The notes under the pieces were generated by a model. It searched no databases, was not told the origin of the DNA, and saw only the letters and a list, made by a program, of their open reading frames with translations. From the NCBI GenBank assembly GCA_013152275.1, contig JAADGS010000031.1, positions 1-64,000 of the forward strand: DNA of 64,000 nucleotides, written 5' to 3'. Of this stretch, positions 57,587 to 64,000 are shown in pieces. The stretch is from Actinomycetota bacterium (GTDB lineage Bacteria; Actinomycetota; Acidimicrobiia; Spongiisociales; UBA4744). Both the position numbers and the translations under genes were made by a program. Numbering within the stretch: position 1 is the stretch's first letter; each line of letters starts with the position of its first letter.

Positions 57587-58821
57587 TCGTCGAAGTCGTC
57601 GCCGTCGGCACGGAGCTGCTTCTCGGTCAGATCGTCAACGGGAATGCGGCGTCGATCGGCCGGCGTATCGCCGAAGAGGGACACGACGCCCACTACCAGG
57701 TGGTCGTGGGCGACAACATTACGCGGATCGCCTCGACGATCAGGGAAGCGATGTCGCGTGCGGACGCGGTGATCCTCACCGGTGGTCTCGGTCCGACGCA
57801 GGATGACCTGACGAGGGAAGCGATCTGTGAGGCGACCGGCAGGCCGATGGTGTTCGAGCAAGAGGTCGCCGATCGTCTTCGTGAACGGTTCGCGGCGTTC
57901 GGACGGTCGATGCCGGTGGCCAACCTGCGTCAGGCGGAACGGCCCGACGGGTCCGTGCAACTCGAGAACACCAAGGGGACCGCCCCGGGTATCGCGCTCG
58001 ATCATGAAGGCACGTGGATCTTCGCGCTCCCCGGAGTGCCGGAGGAGATGGAGACCCTGTTGGAGGACGAGGTCCTGCCCCGCTTGCGGCGTGATTCGGA
58101 AGGTGTGTCGGTGTTGAAGAGTCGGCTTCTTCGGACCTGGGGCTCGAGTGAGTCGACGGTCGCAGAGATCCTCGACGATCTCTACGGGCCGGCCAACCCG
58201 TCTCTGGCGTTCCTGGCGTCCGCCGGCGAGATCAAGATCCGGATCACTGCGAAGGCAGCGACCGATGCGGAGGCCGAAGCAATGATCGCCCCGCTCGAGG
58301 CTGAGGTCCGCTCGAGGCTCGGGACGCGGGTCTTCGCTACCGACCAGGACACCATCGAAACCGTTCTGCTGCGTCTCCTGGCCGATCGGGGATGGAGCCT
58401 CGCAGTTGCCGAGTCGGCGACGGGCGGAATGATTGCCGCTCGGGTGACCTCGGTTCCGGGAGCTTCGAGTGTGTTTCGTGGCGCGGTCGTCCCCTATGCG
58501 ACGGATCTCAAGACGGCGCTGCTCGGCGTGCCGGTGCAGGCGATCGAGCACAGTGGTGTCGTGAGCGAGAGCACGGCGCTGGCGATGGCCGAGGGTGCGT
58601 CGCTGCGTCTGGGCGCCGAGGTCGTCATCTCGATCACGGGTTCCGCGGGACCGGAGCCACAAGAGAAGCCGGTGGGAACCATGGTGGTCGGGGTGATGAC
58701 TCCGGAAGGGGCGAGGGCCCGGACCCTGCACCTTCCCGGGGATCGAGAACGCATTCGCACGTACGCGACGACGGCGGCGCTGCACTTGGCCCGTCTCGGG
58801 GTCACGGGATCGTGGTGGTAG
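57583..58821 (+). CDS. cinA: Competence/damage-inducible protein CinA (with PncC domain)
   Basis: VGTELLLG, GGLGPT.DD.T, LPGVP, AESATGG, SITG.AGP. Confidence 0.93.
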   Translation: MIVEVVAVGTELLLGQIVNGNAASIGRRIAEEGHDAHYQVVVGDNITRIASTIREAMSRADAVILTGGLGPTQDDLTREAICEATGRPMVFEQEVADRLRERFAAFGRSMPVANLRQAERPDGSVQLENTKGTAPGIALDHEGTWIFALPGVPEEMETLLEDEVLPRLRRDSEGVSVLKSRLLRTWGSSESTVAEILDDLYGPANPSLAFLASAGEIKIRITAKAATDAEAEAMIAPLEAEVRSRLGTRVFATDQDTIETVLLRLLADRGWSLAVAESATGGMIAARVTSVPGASSVFRGAVVPYATDLKTALLGVPVQAIEHSGVVSESTALAMAEGASLRLGAEVVISITGSAGPEPQEKPVGTMVVGVMTPEGARARTLHLPGDRERIRTYATTAALHLARLGVTGSWW

Positions 58822-59357
58822 AGAGACTCTTTCTTGCCGTCGTACTCACCGAGGATGCTCGGCACGCTCTCGCTGCGCGTATTCGCGACGGCACGCGGGT
58901 GCTGCCCGGACGACCGGTCCGCCCCCAAAACTGGCATCTGACGCTGCGATTCCTCGGAGATGTGGACGGTCCAGGGTACGACCGGCTGCTCGCTGCACTC
59001 GACGAAGCAGATCTGGGTGAGCACTTCCGTGTCCGCCTCGGCGGCCTCGGAGCGTTCCCGAAGCCTTCGCGAGCGACCGTCCTGTGGGTCGACTTTGCGC
59101 AAGGAAAGGATCGGTTGGCGGACCTTGCCGCACGGGTGGAGCAGGCCGTGGAGATCGCCGGGCTGCCGGGGGAGGATCGGCCGTTCCGGGCGCATCTGAC
59201 CTTGTCGCGGATCCGTCCGCCCCAGGACGTGCGCCGATTCCTGGAGGAAGTCGGTCCTCTCGGGATCGGGTGGGGCGTCGATCGTGTCGTCCTGTATCGA
59301 AGCCATCTCGGCCCGGGTGGACCTCGGTACGAGGAGATGGCGGTGTTCGCTCTCTAG
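58815..59357 (+). CDS. thpR: RNA 2',3'-cyclic phosphodiesterase (2H family)
   Basis: RLFLAV, HLTLRFLG and AHLTLSR (two HxT motifs). Confidence 0.92.
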   Translation: MVERLFLAVVLTEDARHALAARIRDGTRVLPGRPVRPQNWHLTLRFLGDVDGPGYDRLLAALDEADLGEHFRVRLGGLGAFPKPSRATVLWVDFAQGKDRLADLAARVEQAVEIAGLPGEDRPFRAHLTLSRIRPPQDVRRFLEEVGPLGIGWGVDRVVLYRSHLGPGGPRYEEMAVFAL

Positions 59358-59411
59358 CGCCTCGACGCCGCGAACGTTGCCGGCCGGCCACTTGTGCCGA
59401 CATGCTTGGAG

Positions 59412-59434
59412 GCGAACACACGTTCGACTAGGCT
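59412..59434 (+). promoter_or_regulatory. LexA SOS box and -10 element of the distal recA promoter
   Basis: GCGAACACACGTTCGA (59412-59427), then TAGGCT (59429-59434). Confidence 0.85.
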
Positions 59435-59471
59435 CTGCGCCGGATCTGCAATAAGATGACATGTATGTGAT

Positions 59472-59494
59472 TTGTCACACCGACCCCGTACGGT
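59472..59494 (+). promoter_or_regulatory. RecA-NDp/PafBC-like proximal recA promoter
   Basis: tTGTCAC-N10-TACGGT; spacing matches the actinobacterial TGTCGG-N10-TANNNT motif. Confidence 0.55.
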
Positions 59495-59522
59495 GACATC
59501 ACACCCAGAAGGGAGCAGGCAA

Positions 59523-60545
59523 GTGGAACGTGACAAGGCCCTCGAGATGGCGATGTCGCAGATCGAGCGGCAGTTCGGCAAAGGCGCCATCATGAAAATG
59601 AGTGACGGTGCTCACGAGAAGATGGCCTCGATCTCGACCGGTGCCCTCTCTCTCGACTTGGCGTTGGGTATCGGAGGCGTCCCCAGAGGACGGGTCGTCG
59701 AGATCTTCGGACCCGAGAGCAGTGGGAAGACGACCCTGGCGCTGCACATCATCGCCGAGGCGCAACGTAACGGGGGGATCGCGGCGTTCGTCGACGCGGA
59801 GCATGCCCTGGATGCGTTCTACGCGAAGGCCCTCGGTGTGGACATCGACGAGTTGCTGATCTCGCAGCCCGACACCGGTGAGCAGGCCCTGGAGATCATG
59901 GACATGCTCATCAGATCCGGCGCCCTGGACGTCGTCGTGATCGACTCCGTGGCAGCTCTCGTTCCCAGAGCCGAGATCGAAGGCGAGATGGGCGATTCCC
60001 ATGTCGGCCTCCAGGCTCGCCTCATGTCGCAGGCACTGCGCAAGCTCACCGGCAACATTCACCGATCCCAGACGACCGCCATCTTCATCAACCAGCTTCG
60101 CGAGAAGATCGGAGTGATGTACGGCTCGCCGGAGATCACCCCCGGGGGGAGGGCGTTGAAATTCTATTCGTCGGTTCGTATCGATATTCGCAGGATCGAA
60201 ACGATCAAGGACGGTCAGACATCGATCGGAAACCGGGTGCGGGCCAAGATCGTCAAGAACAAGGTTGCCCCGCCGTTCCGCCTTGCGGAGTTCGACATCA
60301 TGTTTGGAGAGGGCATCTCTCGGGTTGGGAGTCTCCTGGATGTCGCGGTGACCGAGGGCATCGTTCGCAAGAGCGGTGCCTGGTATAGCTACGACAACGA
60401 TCAGCTCGGGCAGGGACGAGAGAATTCCAAGCGATTTCTCCAGGAGAACCCGGAAGTGGCGGTCCAACTGCAGGCGAAGGTGCTCGAAGCGGTCGGGCTT
60501 CTCGAAAGCGAGGAAGCCGACGAAGTGGAAGAAGTGCACGAGTAG
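59523..60545 (+). CDS. recA: Recombinase A
   Basis: [40 protein letters not shown] before GTG; no intein. Confidence 0.98.
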   Translation: MERDKALEMAMSQIERQFGKGAIMKMSDGAHEKMASISTGALSLDLALGIGGVPRGRVVEIFGPESSGKTTLALHIIAEAQRNGGIAAFVDAEHALDAFYAKALGVDIDELLISQPDTGEQALEIMDMLIRSGALDVVVIDSVAALVPRAEIEGEMGDSHVGLQARLMSQALRKLTGNIHRSQTTAIFINQLREKIGVMYGSPEITPGGRALKFYSSVRIDIRRIETIKDGQTSIGNRVRAKIVKNKVAPPFRLAEFDIMFGEGISRVGSLLDVAVTEGIVRKSGAWYSYDNDQLGQGRENSKRFLQENPEVAVQLQAKVLEAVGLLESEEADEVEEVHE

Positions 60546-60620
60546 GAACCTCGTGCCATCTCCCTGTCGGATCGCAATCTTCCCCTGTGCGCAGCGGGTT
60601 GGATGCGGTACGATGCAGAT

Positions 60621-60775
60621 AACGCACACACATGAAGAACACCAATTGAAACGCACGAAAAACACCAGAGAACCTGCAACGAGGGGGGGATACCGGGCGA
60701 GACGACGGTAAGAAGCCGACGTGTCGAGTGACCGGTTGTGTGTGTGCCGGGCCCGTGTGGGCTCGGCATCTGTGT
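60621..60775 (+). promoter_or_regulatory. Putative structured 5' leader of rny
   Basis: TACGAT -10 at 60609; GCACACACA/TGTGTGTGC long-range pairing; A-rich tract; hairpin at 60745-60768. Confidence 0.45.
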
Positions 60776-60804
60776 TGTGAAGGTTCCGAGAAAGCGAAGA
60801 AACA

Positions 60805-62334
60805 ATGGATGTCATCGTTGGGGCCGTCGGTGCAGCGCTCGGCGGTATCTTCGGTTTCCTCTGGGCGAAGTACCGCGCGCGGATGGCCCGCACGAACGCC
60901 GAATCGACCGCCGAGGGCTTGTTGGCCAAAGCCCGTGTCGAAGCCCAGGAGTTGCTGTCACGAGGCGAGGACGAGGCGCGCGCAAAGGCAGATGCCTATC
61001 GCGAGCGTGAGGATGCTGCGCTCGAACATCGTCGTATCGAGCTCAAGTCGTCTGAAGAGCGCCTGTCGCAGCGAGAGCAGACGCTCGAGCAACGTGCGGC
61101 CAATCTCGCCCAGCGCGAGCAGATCCTGATCCGTCGCGAGCACGAGACGACGGTCCTCCAAGCCGAAACCGGAAAGCTCCGTGAGCAGGCGAGGAGCGAA
61201 CTCGAGAGGCTCGCCGGATTCGATGCGAACGCAGCGAAGGCCGACCTTCTCCATCAGGTTGAGGATGAAGCCAGAAGGGAGGCGATGGTGCTGGTGCGCG
61301 ACATGGAGATTCGCGCCCGGGAAGAGGCCGACCGGCGCGCTCGGCGAATCTTGGCGACCGCGATCCAGCGTCTGTCCTCGGAGGTGGTCACCGAATCGAC
61401 GGTCTCGGTGGTCGAGCTTCCGAGCGACGAGATGAAAGGTCGCATCATCGGTCGCGAGGGACGCAACATTCGCGCATTCGAGGCGATCACCGGCGTGAAC
61501 TTGATCGTCGACGACACCCCGGAAGCCGTCTCCGTCTCTTCGTTCGACCCGGTTCGTCGGGAGGTGGCACGTCTGGCGTTGGAGCGTCTCGTGCAGGACG
61601 GGCGGATTCATCCGGCTTCGATCGAAGAGATGTTCGAAAAGGCGAGAGCGGAAGTGGAAGAGTCGGTGCGTGATGCCGGCGAATGGGCACTCGTGGAGGT
61701 TGGTGTATCGCGCGTTCACCAGGAGCTCGTCACGTTGCTGGGCAGGTTGAAGTACCGGACATCGTATGGCCAGAACGTGCTCAAGCACCTGGTCGAATGT
61801 GCACACGTGGCGGGGATGCTCGCTTCCGAACTCGGCATCGACCCTGCGCCGGTGAAGCGAGCGGCGCTGCTACATGATCTCGGCAAGGCCGTTACGCATG
61901 AGGTGGACGGCTCTCATGCGCTGATCGGAGCCGAGATCGCTCGCAGGTTCGGCGAGGACGCTGCGGTCGTCCATGGCATCGAGGCCCATCACAACGAGGT
62001 GGAACCGAGAACCGTCCTTGCGGTCGTCGTGCAGGCCGCAGACGCCGTGTCCGCCGCCCGTCCAGGAGCGCGGCGCGAAGCGTTGGAATCCTATGTGCGG
62101 CGTCTCGAGAAACTCGAGGAGCTCGCCTACGACTTCAGCGGCGTCGAGAAAGTCTTTGCGATGCAGGCGGGACGAGAGGTGAGGGTCGTTGTCGACCCTG
62201 GCAAGGTCGATGACCTCGGTGCATCCGATCTTGCCCGCCGCATCGCCAAACGGCTCGAAGAGGATCTGCAGTATCCCGGTCAGATTCAGGTCACGGTGAT
62301 TCGGGAGCTGCGTGTGAGTGACTACGCGCGATGA
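60805..62334 (+). CDS. rny: Ribonuclease Y
   Basis: N-terminal TM, coiled coil, KH motif KGRIIGREGRNIR, HD motif LHDLGK. Confidence 0.96.
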   Translation: MDVIVGAVGAALGGIFGFLWAKYRARMARTNAESTAEGLLAKARVEAQELLSRGEDEARAKADAYREREDAALEHRRIELKSSEERLSQREQTLEQRAANLAQREQILIRREHETTVLQAETGKLREQARSELERLAGFDANAAKADLLHQVEDEARREAMVLVRDMEIRAREEADRRARRILATAIQRLSSEVVTESTVSVVELPSDEMKGRIIGREGRNIRAFEAITGVNLIVDDTPEAVSVSSFDPVRREVARLALERLVQDGRIHPASIEEMFEKARAEVEESVRDAGEWALVEVGVSRVHQELVTLLGRLKYRTSYGQNVLKHLVECAHVAGMLASELGIDPAPVKRAALLHDLGKAVTHEVDGSHALIGAEIARRFGEDAAVVHGIEAHHNEVEPRTVLAVVVQAADAVSAARPGARREALESYVRRLEKLEELAYDFSGVEKVFAMQAGREVRVVVDPGKVDDLGASDLARRIAKRLEEDLQYPGQIQVTVIRELRVSDYAR

Positions 62335-63710
62335 GTGAGACGCTTCTCGGGAGGATGGATGTCGTCGTCGATCGCGTGCCAAAGCGCACCGGAAAGCGCT
62401 ACGTGATCAAGACGTTCGGTTGCCAGATGAATGAGCACGACAGTGAGCGTGTGGCGGGCCTCTTCGAGATCGACGGCATGGAACGGGCCTCCGACATCGA
62501 TGGTGCCGACGTGATCTTCGTGAACACCTGCACGATTCGTGAGAACGCGGACAACCGGCTCTATGGAAACCTCGGTCATCTGAAACAGTTCAAAGACGAG
62601 CACCCTGAGGCGACGCTCATCGTCGGGGGATGTGCCGCACAGAAAGACCGCGACCTCGTTCGTGAGCGCGCACCGTGGGTCGATGTCGTTCTCGGAACCC
62701 ACAACCTCGATCGTGTCCTGGATCTGATGGATGTCGCCGCCGCGAGTGGCGGAGTGACGGAGGTCGTCGATGAGCTGGAGACCATGCCTTCATTGCTGCC
62801 CGTCCGGCGGCGGCACGCGTACTCCGCGTGGGTGACGATTCAGATCGGATGTAACAACACCTGTACGTTTTGCATCGTTCCCTCGGTGCGTGGTCACGAG
62901 ATCAGCCGGCGTCCGGGAGATATCGTGGCGGAGATCGAAGAGCTGGCGGCAGGAGGGGTCGTAGAGGTGACGCTCCTGGGTCAGAACGTCAACACGTACG
63001 GCCGTGATCTTGCACTCGACGGAAAGCGCAGGCCGATTTTCGCCGAGTTGCTTCGGCGGGTCGGCGACATCGAAGGGATTCGGCGCATTCGGTTCACGAG
63101 TCCACACCCTGCCGATTTTCGGGAAGATGTTGCGGCCGCGATGGCGCAGACCGACGCGGTGTGCGACCAGCTCCATCTTCCCTTGCAGAGTGGCAGCGAT
63201 CGCATCCTGGCCATGATGCATCGCGGCTACAACGTGGAGCGGTTCTTCGAGCGCCTTGTGCTCGCTCGCTCGTACATGCCGACGCTTGCGGTGTCGACCG
63301 ACGTGATCGTCGGCTTTCCCGGCGAGACGGAACAGGATTTCGATGGCACGATGAGCGTGATGGAGACGGCTCGGTTCGATCAGGCTTTCACGTTCATCTT
63401 CTCACCCCGTCCGGGAACTCTCGCGGCAGAGATGAAGGACCGGTTTGTGGACGAGGAGGTGGTGCACGACCGTTACCAGCGTCTGATCGGGCTTCAGAAT
63501 CGGATCGGCCTCGAGAAAAACCGTGAGCAGGTGGGACGTGTCGTCGAAGTCCTCACCGAAGGTCCGTCGAAGAAGGATCCGGCGATGGCAACGACCCGGA
63601 CTACCGGGAACAGGGTGGTCCACATCCCCGGAGAGTATCCGGTGGGGGAGTTCCTCAACGTTGAGATCACCGGGGCGGCCCAGCATCACCTCGTGGGGGT
63701 CGTACGCTGA
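62331..63710 (+). CDS. miaB: tRNA-2-methylthio-N6-dimethylallyladenosine synthase
   Basis: TFGCQMNEHDSE, CNNTCTFC, FTSPHP, TRAM domain. Confidence 0.96.
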   Translation: MSETLLGRMDVVVDRVPKRTGKRYVIKTFGCQMNEHDSERVAGLFEIDGMERASDIDGADVIFVNTCTIRENADNRLYGNLGHLKQFKDEHPEATLIVGGCAAQKDRDLVRERAPWVDVVLGTHNLDRVLDLMDVAAASGGVTEVVDELETMPSLLPVRRRHAYSAWVTIQIGCNNTCTFCIVPSVRGHEISRRPGDIVAEIEELAAGGVVEVTLLGQNVNTYGRDLALDGKRRPIFAELLRRVGDIEGIRRIRFTSPHPADFREDVAAAMAQTDAVCDQLHLPLQSGSDRILAMMHRGYNVERFFERLVLARSYMPTLAVSTDVIVGFPGETEQDFDGTMSVMETARFDQAFTFIFSPRPGTLAAEMKDRFVDEEVVHDRYQRLIGLQNRIGLEKNREQVGRVVEVLTEGPSKKDPAMATTRTTGNRVVHIPGEYPVGEFLNVEITGAAQHHLVGVVR

Positions 63711-64000
63711 TTCTCGCCATTCTCGGACCGACCGCTTCGGGCAAGAGCGATGTGGCGTTGCGCCTTGCAGAAGAGCTCGGTGCTCAGATCCTCTCGGTCG
63801 ACTCGATGCAGGTGTATCGCGGCATGGATATCGGCACCGCAAAAGCCACTGCCGTCCAGCAGACTCGCGTCCAACACCACATGGTGGATCTCGTCGACCC
63901 GGACGTGGAATTCAGTGTGGCCGAGTTTCAGAAGACGGCCAGGGAAATCCTCGACCAAACCGAACGCATCGTGCTGGTAGGTGGATCCGGCCTGCACTTT
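63707..64000 (+). CDS. miaA: tRNA dimethylallyltransferase, 5' part (runs off window); CTG start inferred
   Basis: Translated by hand: ILAILGPTASGKS, DSMQVYRGMDIGTAK, HHMVD, VGGSGL. Confidence 0.93.
   Translation, partial: MILAILGPTASGKSDVALRLAEELGAQILSVDSMQVYRGMDIGTAKATAVQQTRVQHHMVDLVDPDVEFSVAEFQKTAREILDQTERIVLVGGSGLHF

Noticed and set aside
60609..60790. 6S RNA upstream of rny
   Set aside because: The synteny is suggestive, but I could not fold the long rod with a central bubble; kept only as a generic structured leader pending an Infernal search

Overview
High-GC (roughly 65%) bacterial chromosome segment. Gene content and order (dapB-dapA-rnj-ftsK-rimO-cinA-thpR-recA-rny-miaB-miaA), the ImuA'/ImuB/DnaE2 types and Gram-positive CGAAC-N4-GTTCG SOS boxes point to an actinobacterium, probably Acidimicrobiia (inference). 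About 55 CDS; no rRNA, tRNA, CRISPR array or transposase seen. Main points: (1) the imuA'-imuB-dnaE2 mutasome is split over ~14 kb into three separate + strand units, each with its own LexA box abutting a -10 element, separated by unrelated minus-strand genes. (2) A sulfur operon (SQR, DUF1641, TusE-like, DsrE-like) is headed by an Xis/BldC-type HTH-PocR regulator with three TATGCAG direct repeats at 9-bp period upstream. (3) An alpha-oxoamine synthase sits 2 nt from an orphan ~10-TM histidine kinase, a layout like a signal synthase/receptor pair. (4) A MoxR-type AAA+/VWA pair has reciprocal Walker A/B substitutions. (5) Also present: an AroQ-hydrolase fusion, a dual LexA plus PafBC-like recA promoter, a structured rny leader, a CTG-initiated miaA and a CTAG-flanked MITE-like family. 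All product calls rest on motifs recognised by eye; no database searches were run.
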